A stretch of DNA of 64,000 bases from the NCBI RefSeq assembly GCF_000142905.1, contig NW_013657672.1, forward strand, positions 62,001 through 126,000, read 5' to 3'. The notes under the pieces were generated by a model. The model had not been told where the DNA came from and ran no database searches. It saw nothing but the letters and a program-made list of their open reading frames with translations. The DNA is from Thecamonas trahens ATCC 50062. Lineage: Eukaryota > Protista > Apusomonadida. Made by a program: the position numbers and the translations under genes. Positions 32,594-43,687 of this stretch are shown one piece after another (positions within the stretch are counted from its first letter, which is position 1; every line of letters begins with the position of its first letter).

Positions 32594-32725
32594 CAGACAC
32601 CACGCTCAAACTCTTCCATGCACACTCGGTCAACAATCGGTTCTTGGCCGGGTTGAACGGGTGCCGGTAAAATGGTCGGCTTGGGTAGGGCAAAGAACAA
32701 GGTGGGCGAGTGGGTGAGGGTGGCG

Positions 32726-34345
32726 CTACGGATCGCGATACTTCTTGCGCATCTCCTCCTGTCGAGCCTTGCGGGCGGCGGCAGCGGCGGCGGCGGCAGC
32801 GGCGGCGGCGGCGGCATCGCGCTCGGTCTTGAGCTGGAGGTGCGGAAAGACGTCAAGGACCAGTGAAAGGAGCGACGCAAAGGCAATGTGGATGCGGCGG
32901 TCCCAGTAGCGCGCAGCCTGTGAGGCGAGCGGGACGCCGAGGGTGGCGTCGGCCGACGGCCGGGCGGTGCACTGCTCGATGAGGATGGCGACGTTGTGCT
33001 TGGCAACAAGTGACGAGATGCGAGCGCCGCGGACAAAGTCGCCAGCAGACACCTCGCGCTGGTCCTGCTTGTTGATGAGGATCAGCAGCGGCTTGCCGGT
33101 GTTGAGCGGCGACGAGAGAATACCGTCGAGGGTCCGGTGGACCTCGTCCATGCTTGCCCCGTCGAGCGTGAGCGACGAGAGCACGTAGACAATGGCGTGC
33201 GAGTCAACGTAGTGCGCCGGCCACGACTTGATGGCCATGCGCGAACCGCCAACCTCGCACAGTGCGAGCGGAAGCGGCTTGTCGGCAGCCATCAGTGATG
33301 GCCACCGCGACTTGTGGAGGACAAAGCGCGAAAAGGGAAACGGCACGAGCCGCGCAGACACGCCACGCGTCGGCATCGGCTCGTCGGCATCGTCCACAAG
33401 CACATGTCGGAGCGAGGTCTTGCCGGCTTGCGCCTCGCCAATGACCAGCAGCTGCAGGCCCGGGAACGCCACCGCGCTCCGCACAAACGCCCGCTTGGTG
33501 AACCCGTCAACCGCCCACGCCTTGCACAGCGCCCGCCACAGCGAAGCATGCGATGCATCGAAGAATCGCGCCCACTCCCGCGACAGATTGCCGAGCAGAA
33601 CCACGCTCCGGCCCGAGTCCAGCGCGCGCGTGAGCGTAACGAACAGCTCCAGCGGAAGACCCCACGGGCACGGCACCTCGACGTGGCTGGCATGACTGCA
33701 ACTGGCCTCGACGGCCTCGACACCACGGTCCTCGCCCGCCTGTCTTTCACCGCCAGACGCGCGAGCCTTACTCGCACCCGCACCCTCCGCCTCGACGCCC
33801 GACGGCTTGTGCTTGCGCTTGCGGCGCCGTCGCCGTGCCCGCCGCACCACCTTGATCTTGCCGGTCTCCGGATCGAGCACAGGCCACCAGCCGAGCAGGG
33901 ACGCCGAATTGCTATGGACGTGATCATGAGCCAGATCAACTTGCTGCGTCCCGTGCGAGTCATGGGCAGCGATGGCGGCAGCACCTGCCGATGTTGCCGG
34001 AGCGCCAGCAGCAGTAGGGCGTGGCGGCGACTTGAGCCATTCGGCCGGGCGAGGATGAGCCCCAATCGGAGATGGGTCATCGTCAACAAGATAGCTTGAG
34101 AGTCTTGCCGAACGTGTCACCTTGTTTCGTGGCTTGGCCCTCCGTCCAGGCGGTGCCTCGCCCTCCACCTCCACCTCTCCGTCTCCCGAGAGTCTTGGCG
34201 CTCTCCGCTTGCGCACTGCGGTGGCTACGGTCAAGCTATTTGAGAGCTCAACGACTGACGGTGCTGAACCTGTTCCTGTGTACGCATCCCCATGGCTCGT
34301 GCTTTCTGGGCCCACGCGCCGCTCTCGCGATGAGATGCACCCCAT
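32726..34345 (-). CDS. F-box-like / ARL13-like Arf-family GTPase fusion with an N-terminal MGC acylation motif (~539 aa)
   Basis: MGCISS start; LPLELF..LD....L..LSREW....LWRALC (F-box-like); GEAQAGKTS (G1), EVGG (G3), NKQD (G4), CTA (G5); C-terminal coiled coil. Confidence 0.75.
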   Translation of the reverse strand: MGCISSRERRVGPESTSHGDAYTGTGSAPSVVELSNSLTVATAVRKRRAPRLSGDGEVEVEGEAPPGRRAKPRNKVTRSARLSSYLVDDDPSPIGAHPRPAEWLKSPPRPTAAGAPATSAGAAAIAAHDSHGTQQVDLAHDHVHSNSASLLGWWPVLDPETGKIKVVRRARRRRRKRKHKPSGVEAEGAGASKARASGGERQAGEDRGVEAVEASCSHASHVEVPCPWGLPLELFVTLTRALDSGRSVVLLGNLSREWARFFDASHASLWRALCKAWAVDGFTKRAFVRSAVAFPGLQLLVIGEAQAGKTSLRHVLVDDADEPMPTRGVSARLVPFPFSRFVLHKSRWPSLMAADKPLPLALCEVGGSRMAIKSWPAHYVDSHAIVYVLSSLTLDGASMDEVHRTLDGILSSPLNTGKPLLILINKQDQREVSAGDFVRGARISSLVAKHNVAILIEQCTARPSADATLGVPLASQAARYWDRRIHIAFASLLSLVLDVFPHLQLKTERDAAAAAAAAAAAAAARKARQEEMRKKYRDP

Positions 34346-35292
34346 ACAGAGTCGCCTGTGCCCGTCGTCGGTCGCTTGTCGGTGGACGGCGGAACCGTTG
34401 GGAGTACGGCTGTGGGGCGGGGGGAGTTGGGGGGGATGAATTTCTGGTATAAAAATTTTGGTGGGGTGCATGGGGTGCGGAACGATGGACGGCGTGCATG
34501 GATACGTGCGTTGGAAAGGTGGAGAGGTGGAGGACAAAGAGAGGAGAGCTGAGCGTAGAGGTAGGCTTTCGCGCTGGTCTGTGGTGGAGATGTGGACTGT
34601 TTGAACGGAATTGACAGGTGATGGGTATGTCACGGCACAGCATGCCTCTCCACCCGACCATCCCGAAGATGGTGTTCCATGGAACATGATCTTGGTGATC
34701 TCTGAATTCGCTTATTTGCTACGATGGCCGACACACTGAAGCTGATCCGAGGTGATGGCAGTGATCAGGGAAGGAGTGAAAGGATAGGGGTAGGGGTAGG
34801 GGAAGGGAGGGGGAGGGGGAGGGGGGAGGGGGGGGGGGGGGGTGGATGGTGGGCTCAACAAGCTNNNNNNNNNNNNNNNNNNNNNNNNNNNNNNNNNNNN
34901 NNNNNNNNNNNNNNNNNNNNNNNNNNNNNNNNNNNNNNNNNNNNNNNNNNNNNNNNNNNNNNNNNNNNNNNNNNNNNNNNNNNNNNNNNNNNNNNNNNNN
35001 NNNNNNNNNNNNNNNNNNNNNNNNNNNNNNNNNNNNNNNNNNNNNNNNNNNNNNNNNNNNNNNNNNNNNNNNNNNNNNNNNNNNNNNNNNNNNNNNNNNN
35101 NNNNNNNNNNNNNNNNNNNNNNNNNNNNNNNNNNNNNNNCCGAAGCCTGCCTTCTAAAGTTGAGCGAAAGCAGGCCGACGGCGACGACAGGCTGGCGACG
35201 ACAGGCGACAGGACGGAGGGGTGGGGCAGGGGTGGGGAAGGGGTGGGGAGGGGAGTCAGGAACACCTGACTGCACAAGGCATAGATAGAGGC

Positions 35293-36440
35293 ATGAGCAG
35301 CGTGCTTGAGAGGACATCAGGGGACAAGCTCGAGGTGTACACCCTCCAAGCCAAGAAGGCAACTCCTCGTATGGTCCGCGACCTGGTGACCAAGGCTCTT
35401 GACGACGCCGAGGTCTTTGTCTTTGGGGAGCTCCTCGCCCTTCCCTCTGTACAGGCGGTACGTATGGGCCATTCCACTTGCTTCACCCCCACCTTGCTTG
35501 GCTATCCCCCCTCTCTCCGACCACCTCGCTATGTCTGGGCTCGGCTCGGCTCGGCTCGGCTCGGCCCGGCTCGGCTCGGCCCGGCTCGGCTCGGCCCGGC
35601 TCGGCCCGGGCTTCTATCGCATCGCACTCACACTCTACATGATCGGCGTGTGCTGCATATGTACTGACTGGTGGTGGTGGTTGCCTCTGGGTGGATGATG
35701 GGATGGACGGGACCGACGACGGGGACGATGGGGGACAATGGGGGACGATGGGGGACGATGGGGGACAATGGGGGACGATGGGGACGGGACGATCGATGCC
35801 ACATACGCACCTACAGCTGGAAGAGACAGAGCACAAGCCATACCTCGACTTGCTGCATATCTTTGCCTACGGCAACCTCACACAGTATCGCACCTCGGCC
35901 GACGAGCTGTCGCTGCCTCAGCTGTCGGAGGCCCAGCTGCGCAAGCTCCGCCAGCTGACCCTGGTCTCGCTCGCTGCAGCATCGCCGACCATCACCTACG
36001 ACGACATCAAAGCCGCGCTCGAGATGACCGAGACCCGTGCCATGGAGGACCTCATCATTGAGTGCATCTACGCCTCGCTCCTTGTTGGCAAGTTTGACCA
36101 GGCCAACTCGGTCCTCGTCATCGAGGCCTGCATGGGCCGCGACATGCGCCCAGCCGAGCTGCCGGAGACCATCGGCCACCTCGAGGCTTGGATCGCCCGC
36201 GCCAACGTTGTTCTTGGCGACCTCTCGGTCGCTGCCACCACCGCCGCAGACCAGACCGCCGCCGCCGAGGTCCTCGCTGCCGAGGTCTCCCAGGAGCACG
36301 ACGAGCGCAAGCACCACATGGAGCTCTCCATCGAGCACGAGGTCCAAGCCCTGGCCGGCAAAGAGGGCTCCGAGCAGGGCCGACGCCAGCGCCGTCGCCT
36401 TGCCCCCTCGGCCATGCCGCATCCATCTCACCGTCGCTAG
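35293..36440 (+). CDS. COPS7: COP9 signalosome subunit 7 (PCI domain); exons 35293-35457 and 35817-36440
   Basis: ALDDAEVFVFGELLALPSVQA|LEE...LLHIFAYG..KLRQLTLVSLA..MEDLIIECIY..GKFDQ..GRD. The GTACGT...CAG intron is in phase. Confidence 0.92.
35538..35790. repeat. Intronic (GGCTC/GGCCC)n and (GGGGACRATG)n simple repeats
   Basis: Direct inspection. Confidence 0.85.
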
Positions 36441-36648
36441 CCTAAATGCACTCCACGGCAACGTTGGCCGAGCTGCGGTAAGGCACTGCCGTGATCGGGC
36501 TGCCGAACTGGTCGATGGCCTTTACTCTCCGCGAGCCTGCCCCGCACTGACCCAACCGTGCTCCGTGATGCTCAGCTCAAAACGGCGACAGCTCCTGACG
36601 CTCACTCACCCCACTCAACAGACACCCCCCCCACCCCACAAACTCTCC

Positions 36649-39024
36649 ATGAGCGGCACTATGCGGTCTGTGTGCGTACTGACGTCCGGCGGTGACTCGC
36701 AGGGAATGAACGCGGCACTGCGCGGAGTGGCCCGGGCGAGCCTGTCGGCAGGCGTCAAGGTCTTTGCGGTGTGGGACGGATACAAGGGACTGGTGGAGGG
36801 AGTCATGAGCGAGTTGTCGTGGTTGGACTGCTCCAACATGGTGGCTGCTGGTGGAACAAAGTACGGGACGGCACGATGTGCTCAATTTCGGACGGAAGAA
36901 GGCCGCCGCGCCGCTGTCGTCAATCTGGTCAAGGCCAATGCCGGCGCTCTGGTTGTCATCGGCGGCGATGGCTCGCTCACGGGCGCTTCCATCCTCGCTT
37001 CCGAGTGGGACGATCATGTGCAAAAGGCGGTGGCAAACGGCGAGCTGCCTCAGGACTTCGCTGCCGCTGCAGAGCTGCATGTCGTCGGCCTCGTTGGCTC
37101 GATCGACAACGACATGTTCGGCACTCACTTTACCATCGGCTGCGTCTCGGCCCTCCATCGCATCGTGGAGGCCGTCGACGCCATCCGCGCCACCGCGGCC
37201 TCGCACTCGCGGACCTTTGTCGTCGAAGTCATGGGCCGCAACTGCGGCTGGCTGGCGCTCATGGCCGGTCTCGCCACCCAGGCCGACTTTGTCTTTATCC
37301 CCGAGTCGCCGCCCTCGCCCTGCACCTCTACCTCGGTTCCCACGGTCTCGACCACCACCGGCGAGCTGCTCGAGTCGTGGGCCGCAACGCTAGTGGCCAA
37401 GCTGGCTCGTGTCGAAGGCAAGCGCTGGTCGGTCGTCATTGTCTCCGAGGGCGCTCACGACTGCAAGATGGAGCCCATCACTGCCGCCCGCATCAAGGAG
37501 GTCATCGAGGCCGAGCTCGGCCACGACACCCGCATCACCAAGCTAGGCCACGTTCAGCGCGGCGGTAAGCCGGCGGCCTTTGACCGATACATGTCGACCA
37601 ACCTCGGCATTGCCGCCTTTGACGCCCTGGCAGGCTACGCCGCCGCCGGCCCGCCCGCGCCCGAGCCCGTCTACTTTGGCTGCTCAGACGCCTCGGTCTA
37701 CCCGGTCGCCCTCCATCCAGCCGTCGCCGCCACCCGCAACGTCCACGACCTCGTTGCCGCCGGCAAGTACGACGACGCCATGGTTGCTCGCGGCGCCGAG
37801 TACCCACAGCTCTTCCGCATGCTCCGTACCCTCCTCCGCTCCGACCCGCACGACCGCTCCGCCCACGCCCTGCCTGACTACCGGGTCGCCATCATGCACG
37901 TCGGCGCACCGGCGCCCGGCATGAACGCCGCCGTTGCCACCCTGACTCGCATCTTCCTCGACGCCGGTGTCTCCGACGTCGTCGGCATCCACAATGGCTT
38001 CGAGGGCCTTGCCAAGGGCAAGACCTGCCCGCTCACTTGGGCCCACGTCCGAGAGTGGGTTCCCGAGGGCGGCGCCAAGCTCGGCACCACCCGCACTCTG
38101 CCCGCCGACCTTGCGCCCGCCGGCACCCCGCCGGACAAGGCTCTCGAGTGGCTTATCCCGCACCTCTCGGCCTTTAACGCCCTTGTCATCATCGGCGGTT
38201 TCGAGGCTGCGTCGATCCTCGTCGACCTCGCTGATGCCGCGCCGCGCCTCTGGCCGCACCTCTCCGGCATGCTCATTCCGGCCACCATCTCCAACAACGT
38301 GCCATGCACCCAGTACTCAATCGGCACAGACACTGCGCTGAACGCCATCGTCGAGGCCTGTGACCGCGTCAAGCAGTCGGCCTACTCTTCAGCCCACAGG
38401 GTTTTTGTCGTCGAAGTTATGGGCGCCCGCTGCGGCTTCCTCGCCACCATGGCCGGCCTCGCCGCAGGTGCTGAAAAGGTCTACACCCACGAGCGTGGTA
38501 TCTCCGCCGCCGCCATCCTCGCCGACGTCAAGGACTTTTGCGCCCGCTTCACTGCCTCAACCGAGTCCAACACCCCACGCTCTGCTCTCGTCATCACCGC
38601 CAACGCTGCATCGGAAACGTACACCACCCCGATGATGTGCGCGCTGTACGAGGCCGAGAGTGACGGCATTTTCTCCGTCCGCGCCTCCGTCCTCGGCTAC
38701 CTGCAGCAAGGCGGCTCGCCGACTCCGCTCGACCGCATCCGCGGCATCGAGCTGGCTGCGGCCTCGGCCGCCCGCATCCTCGAGCTCCGCGACTCCACCG
38801 ACACTGCCTTTCTGGTCTGCGGTACCTCCGAGTCTGCCGTCATCTTTTCCGACATGTCCTCCCTCGACGGCTCCATGGATCGCGCAAACCGGCGTCCGCG
38901 TTGCCAGTGGTGGGACGATCTCGCCACCCGCAACATCTCCATCACCTCAGCCGAGACCGAGCCGCACCCCGACTTTGCCCCCGGCTTTGCCCCCGTCACC
39001 AGCGCTGGGCCGTCCGCCCCTTGA
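36649..39024 (+). CDS. PFK: ATP-dependent 6-phosphofructokinase, eukaryotic tandem-duplicated type
   Basis: Catalytic half: VLTSGGDSQGMNAALR, IGGDGSLTGA, GSIDND, VEVMGRNCG, GHVQRGG. Regulatory half: GAPAPGMN, PATISNN, GYLQQGG. Confidence 0.97.
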   Translation: MSGTMRSVCVLTSGGDSQGMNAALRGVARASLSAGVKVFAVWDGYKGLVEGVMSELSWLDCSNMVAAGGTKYGTARCAQFRTEEGRRAAVVNLVKANAGALVVIGGDGSLTGASILASEWDDHVQKAVANGELPQDFAAAAELHVVGLVGSIDNDMFGTHFTIGCVSALHRIVEAVDAIRATAASHSRTFVVEVMGRNCGWLALMAGLATQADFVFIPESPPSPCTSTSVPTVSTTTGELLESWAATLVAKLARVEGKRWSVVIVSEGAHDCKMEPITAARIKEVIEAELGHDTRITKLGHVQRGGKPAAFDRYMSTNLGIAAFDALAGYAAAGPPAPEPVYFGCSDASVYPVALHPAVAATRNVHDLVAAGKYDDAMVARGAEYPQLFRMLRTLLRSDPHDRSAHALPDYRVAIMHVGAPAPGMNAAVATLTRIFLDAGVSDVVGIHNGFEGLAKGKTCPLTWAHVREWVPEGGAKLGTTRTLPADLAPAGTPPDKALEWLIPHLSAFNALVIIGGFEAASILVDLADAAPRLWPHLSGMLIPATISNNVPCTQYSIGTDTALNAIVEACDRVKQSAYSSAHRVFVVEVMGARCGFLATMAGLAAGAEKVYTHERGISAAAILADVKDFCARFTASTESNTPRSALVITANAASETYTTPMMCALYEAESDGIFSVRASVLGYLQQGGSPTPLDRIRGIELAAASAARILELRDSTDTAFLVCGTSESAVIFSDMSSLDGSMDRANRRPRCQWWDDLATRNISITSAETEPHPDFAPGFAPVTSAGPSAP

Positions 39025-39204
39025 TGGCGCGAGTAGAGCACAGTAACATCCACACCACGGATTCCCATCTGTTCGATCCCTGCGTCAACTTCCTGACCCG
39101 GAACCTTCCGATCACATCGCGCTGCAGTCAGCAGGGGCGGGGGGGCGGGGGGGGGGGGGGGCAGCTGTGGTGCAACTATCAAGTTATTCCCACAAAGGGC
39201 TTGT

Positions 39205-39241
39205 CCACAAAAATTTCAAACTTTTGCGCGCCGCGGGCAAA
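39205..39241. promoter_or_regulatory. CLASP upstream motif block: CHR-like TTTGAA (- strand) next to GC-rich, near-E2F sequences
   Basis: TTCAAA at 39215-39220 followed by CTTTTGCGCGCCGCGGGCAAA. AAATTTCAAACTTTT resembles AAATTTTCAAGACTTTT at 14010-14026. Confidence 0.4.
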
Positions 39242-39438
39242 CGCCAACCATTCCGCCCGCTCAACGCGCCCAGAGCCACCACACGCACCTTGCCGACAAG
39301 CCGACGACGACATACACCACCTGTCCCCCCCTCCCCTCCCCCCCCCCGCCATCCCTCCCCCACTTATCCCTCTCCACCCACACCCTACTCCGCTTGTACC
39401 ACCTTCCTTCCACCTGGTCATTCTCCTCGTATCGAGCC

Positions 39439-42400
39439 ATGAGTGCTGACGCTGTCCTCCGGGGCTTGGCTGGTGACACCAAGGCCAGACTGGCGGCACT
39501 TGGCCAAGCGCAAAGTTTGTCGCCTAGCGATTGGGAGGAGAGCGCAGAGAGCATGGCGTACTATCTGGAAACGACGATCGGCGATGCCAATCCCAAGGTG
39601 GCGAGTCTGTCTGCTAATGTGGTCCTTCTCTTTCTCGCTGCCCTCCCTCCTCTTGCCGCCGAGGCTTATGCCTCTGGCCTGCTACCTCCGCTTACTGCTC
39701 GTCTGGGTGATGGCAAGGAGTCGGTTCGCCAGGCTGCACTGGATGCTCTGCTCGGCATGGTGGCGTACAAGAGCCCTCGGCTGGTCTTCACGGCCGTCAT
39801 CGATGCCATCAAGGCGAACACCCGCTCGTGGCATGTTCGTGAAGAGGGCATGCGGCTGCTAGTTCTTGTCGTTGCCGCCCATGGCCCCGCCGCTGTCGAC
39901 TTTGCCGCCGCCTTTCCTGTCGTCCTCGAAAACTGCGCCCACTCGCACCCGGCCGTCCGCGAGATGGCTGCCCTTGCGCTGGAGACCTTGTACCGGTACT
40001 GGGGCAACTCGCTCCTGACCCAGTTGGCGGACACGGGCCTTATCGGCAGCTCGATTAAGTCCTCGCTCACCGAGCGCCTGGCATCCGTTGAGCTTCACCC
40101 GGACGCATCGCTCCACCAGTCGGCGGCACCAAACACGCCCATGCGCGATGCACGGTCGCAGCGCAAGTCGTCGGGCGGCTTCACGCCCTCGCTCTCGCGC
40201 TCGCTGCGGACCAAGCGGAAGCGCCGGTCGTCGGCCTCGCGCAAGCCGGGGTGTTCCGAGTCCTCGTCGCGTCCAGGCTCGTCGAGCTCGGCGACCTCAC
40301 CGCGTGCGGCCTCAGATCGCGCGCTCTCGGCTTCGACGTCGCCGGCCTCAGTCTCATCCGAGACCTCAGAGTCTGCCGCGCCGGTCCGTGTCGGCTCGGA
40401 CCGCGAGCTTGCCTCGATATTTGACGCCATCCGCACCCCGCTGCTTGATGCCAAGACTGCGGCGTGGACCGATCGCGTTGCAGCGCTCGTCAAGCTTCAG
40501 GGCCTGGTCGTTGGCGGCGCGGCACAGTATCCGAGCTTCCACTCGGGCCTGGCCTCGCTCCGGGCGCCGCTCACCGAGCAGCTCTCTGACCTTAGGTCTA
40601 AGGTGACCAAGGCGGCGTGCACCACACTTGTTTGCCTTGCCGAGTCGCTCGGCTCAGGCTTTGAGTCGCACGCCGACCACTTTGTGCCTGCCCTCTTCAA
40701 GCTCCTTCCCTCCTCCAAGGCGGCCATCTCCGAGCCTGCCGACCATGCCATTCGGGCCATTATCCGCGCTTCGACGCTCTCGGCCGCCATCGGCCGCATC
40801 CTCGCTGCGGTCACCGGCAAGTCCACTGTGCTCCGTAAGTACTGTGCTGCGTACATGGTCCTTCTTCTTCAGACATACTCGACCGACGAGCTTCGCTCTC
40901 GCGGCGACGCTCTCTGTTCCGCCATCCGCGCAGCCATTGCCGACGCTCTACCCGAGGTCCGTGCTGCCGGTCGCCAGGCCTACTGGGCATTTGAAGCTCA
41001 TTTTCCGTCGCCAGCTGGCCGTCTTCTTGCCTCTCTTGACAGCGCCACTCAAGGACGCATCGCTGATGCCAAGGGCGACACCACGGCGCTGCGTCCCTCA
41101 GCATCGTCGCGGCCAGCATCGACTCCCGGCCGCGCCCGGCCGCGCCCGGGCGTTACCTCGTCCGGCCGCACGGGTGCCGCTTCGTCGTCATCTCGTGCTG
41201 TTGCTGACAGCGACGGACCGCCGCCGCGTCCGACCTCAAAGTCGCGCCGCCGCCGTCGATCCATGGGAGTCTTTGCGCATCCGCCGCCGTCCTCGACTGC
41301 AGCATCCGATCGAGGCGAGGCAGAGTTGGTCACCGCTCCAGGTCCTGCTACGGCAGCTCCTGTGCCTCAACCCTCTGCCTCGCGGCCTCACCGGGCGTCG
41401 AGCTCGTTCCCGGCCGCCGACACTCCGGTGCTCTCGTATGAGGAGCTTGCGGCGCGTCTCAAGTCCAACAGCCGATCGTCCAAGGCGGCGTCGTCATTGC
41501 GGAGCAAGCGGTCGATGAGCTCGTCGACACGGGCTGCGCAGGCTGCGCTTGACGCAGCTGCGTCCATCGAGGACCAGCTGGCTCAGGTCCGCTCGCGCTC
41601 GTCGCGCCGTTCGGCCACGGCCAGTGGCCCGCTCCTCTCACACGCAGCAGCATCTGCTGCTGCACTCCCGCCACGCCACCAGCCGCCGACCGAACCTTCG
41701 CAAGCCGAAGTCGGCACCAGCGCGGGTCCGCCGCGCTCGAGCCAGCGGCGGCAAAAGTCGAAACGTCGCGACTCGTACGATCCGGCCGCTTACGCGGCGA
41801 CGCCGCAAAAAAAGGAGCCGGCCGAGACAAAGGCGGCAGCTGTGGAACGTGCTCCATCTCAGCCGCAGCCACAGCCTCAGGCGCAGCCGCAGTCGCGGTC
41901 GCGGTCGCGGTCGCGGTCGCGGTCTTCGCTCAAGTCGGTCAAGTCACGCCGGGCATCGCTTGCCCGCGGCCTCGGCCCCAGCGGCAAGGAAAATGCTGCT
42001 CATCACGCCAACAGTCAGGCCCAGGCTCAGGCTGCGGCGTTGCAGACTGCGGGTAAGAAGGAGAGCGGCGGATCGGAGAAGTCGCGACTGGGCGACATTC
42101 TCGGCCGGGCACAGGAGAACGAGTGGGCGGTCCGTGTCGATGCTTTCCGTGAGCTGCGGGCTTTCTTCTCGGACCACGCTTCATGGCTTCAGCGCTCGTC
42201 AGGCGGAGTCGGTTCGCGGTATGAGCGGATCATGCGAGTGTTTGTGGCCAAGCTCGACGATCCGCACCACCGAGTGGTCATGGCGGCCATGGCAGCGCTC
42301 GGCGCGCTGCTGGAGGCGCACGCCAAGCCGCTGGAGGGCTGGCTCGATCAGGTGATCCCGCTCCTGCTTAAGGCCAAGGCCTCGCCCAAGACCTCGCTGG

Positions 42401-43635
42401 TGGCAGGCGCGGCGTCGCTCATCGGCCTCATGCCGGGCGCGTTTGAGCTCAGCGTACTCGCCGAGGTCATGACTCGTGCGCTCGGCTCGCCGCTGCCTGT
42501 GGTACGGACCGAAGCCATCACCTGGTTTACGCTTCGGCTCCGCAACGCGCGCACCGAGACGCTCAAGGTCTTGGCCGAGCACAGCCTGTGCGCGTCACTC
42601 ATTGAGAAGCTCATGCCGTGCTGCACCGAGAAGACGCTCACCCTGCGCAAGAGTGCGCGGTCGCTGATGACTGCGGTGAGCGACGGGCTCGACTCGGCCT
42701 TTTCCACCGCGCTCGCCAGCCTCCCGCTAGTGCTGCAGTACCAGGTGAGCACCGTGCTTGATGCAGGTGTTGCACCGGCAGTCTCGCCGGCCCACGTTGA
42801 CATCTCGTCGGACCTGGACGACCTCGATCTCGACACGAGCTTGTCGGCCGAGCCCGAGACTGTGCCGCTGCCGCGGCAGCGGGCGCCCAGCAGAGGTGGG
42901 CTCGGCAGGCCTATCGTCGCGGCCATGGCCAACAAGCGGGCGGCACCCAGCCTCTCGGGTGTGCTCAAGGCTTTGATGCGTGATGTGCGCGAGGGAAACC
43001 ATGCGAACGAGCTTGCGCAGCTGAGCAAGATGGTCGCCAACGGCAGTGTAACCGACTCGTGCTTTGGACAGGTCTTCCTGGTCCTCTCGGACGTGTTGGG
43101 CAAGACGCAGTGCGCAGAGACCCGGCTTGGGGCTGTGGCCGCGCTCCACGCGCTCATCACCCACTGCACCCATGCGTTTGAGAACTACCTCAACGTGGGT
43201 GTGCAGGCGCTGCTGGAGGCGTATGTGACGGGGCCTGACAGCGGGGCGCACAACGTGGCGGCCGGCGTGGTGAGCGCGCTGAACGATCTGCTTGCGGCGC
43301 TGCCAGTGGCGCGGTCGTTTGACGTCCTCACGCCGCTCGTCCTCACCTCGACCAAGAGCTCTGTCCTCTGCCTGGCCATTCGACTGCTGTCGACGGCGGT
43401 GGCGCGGGCGGCACCCAAGGTGCTGTTCACCCAGCTGCGGGCCTTTCTGCCCGGCCTTCTCGACGCGTTCCAGAATCCGTCGACAGACGTGCGCAAGGCT
43501 GTGGTCTTTACACTTGTGGAAGCGTACATGGTGCTTGGTGAGTCACTGATGCCGTGCCTCTCGGAGCTCTCGTCGTCGCAGCTCAAGCTCGTCACCATCT
43601 ACATCAACCGTCGGAAGGAGCAGAGTGTCCGCTGA
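39439..43635 (+). CDS. CLASP: CLIP-associating protein (CLASP/MAST/Orbit), full length
   Basis: TOG1 (DANPKV, RLGDGKESVR), TOG2 (WTDRV..DLRSKVTK), TOG3 (LDDPHHRV) and the C-terminal motif STDVRKAVVFTLV..QLKLVTIYI. Confidence 0.93.
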   Translation: MSADAVLRGLAGDTKARLAALGQAQSLSPSDWEESAESMAYYLETTIGDANPKVASLSANVVLLFLAALPPLAAEAYASGLLPPLTARLGDGKESVRQAALDALLGMVAYKSPRLVFTAVIDAIKANTRSWHVREEGMRLLVLVVAAHGPAAVDFAAAFPVVLENCAHSHPAVREMAALALETLYRYWGNSLLTQLADTGLIGSSIKSSLTERLASVELHPDASLHQSAAPNTPMRDARSQRKSSGGFTPSLSRSLRTKRKRRSSASRKPGCSESSSRPGSSSSATSPRAASDRALSASTSPASVSSETSESAAPVRVGSDRELASIFDAIRTPLLDAKTAAWTDRVAALVKLQGLVVGGAAQYPSFHSGLASLRAPLTEQLSDLRSKVTKAACTTLVCLAESLGSGFESHADHFVPALFKLLPSSKAAISEPADHAIRAIIRASTLSAAIGRILAAVTGKSTVLRKYCAAYMVLLLQTYSTDELRSRGDALCSAIRAAIADALPEVRAAGRQAYWAFEAHFPSPAGRLLASLDSATQGRIADAKGDTTALRPSASSRPASTPGRARPRPGVTSSGRTGAASSSSRAVADSDGPPPRPTSKSRRRRRSMGVFAHPPPSSTAASDRGEAELVTAPGPATAAPVPQPSASRPHRASSSFPAADTPVLSYEELAARLKSNSRSSKAASSLRSKRSMSSSTRAAQAALDAAASIEDQLAQVRSRSSRRSATASGPLLSHAAASAAALPPRHQPPTEPSQAEVGTSAGPPRSSQRRQKSKRRDSYDPAAYAATPQKKEPAETKAAAVERAPSQPQPQPQAQPQSRSRSRSRSRSSLKSVKSRRASLARGLGPSGKENAAHHANSQAQAQAAALQTAGKKESGGSEKSRLGDILGRAQENEWAVRVDAFRELRAFFSDHASWLQRSSGGVGSRYERIMRVFVAKLDDPHHRVVMAAMAALGALLEAHAKPLEGWLDQVIPLLLKAKASPKTSLVAGAASLIGLMPGAFELSVLAEVMTRALGSPLPVVRTEAITWFTLRLRNARTETLKVLAEHSLCASLIEKLMPCCTEKTLTLRKSARSLMTAVSDGLDSAFSTALASLPLVLQYQVSTVLDAGVAPAVSPAHVDISSDLDDLDLDTSLSAEPETVPLPRQRAPSRGGLGRPIVAAMANKRAAPSLSGVLKALMRDVREGNHANELAQLSKMVANGSVTDSCFGQVFLVLSDVLGKTQCAETRLGAVAALHALITHCTHAFENYLNVGVQALLEAYVTGPDSGAHNVAAGVVSALNDLLAALPVARSFDVLTPLVLTSTKSSVLCLAIRLLSTAVARAAPKVLFTQLRAFLPGLLDAFQNPSTDVRKAVVFTLVEAYMVLGESLMPCLSELSSSQLKLVTIYINRRKEQSVR

Positions 43636-43687
43636 CATGCAGGAGGCGGCGACAAATGAACAAGTCATGTATCCTGGTCGTGAGCGC

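Noticed and set aside
36037-36648. N-terminal extension of PFK (995-aa ORF) or a CSN7-PFK fusion
   Set aside because: It is an alternative frame over CSN7, which has its own stop at 36438-36440; PFK homology starts at the ATG at 36649.
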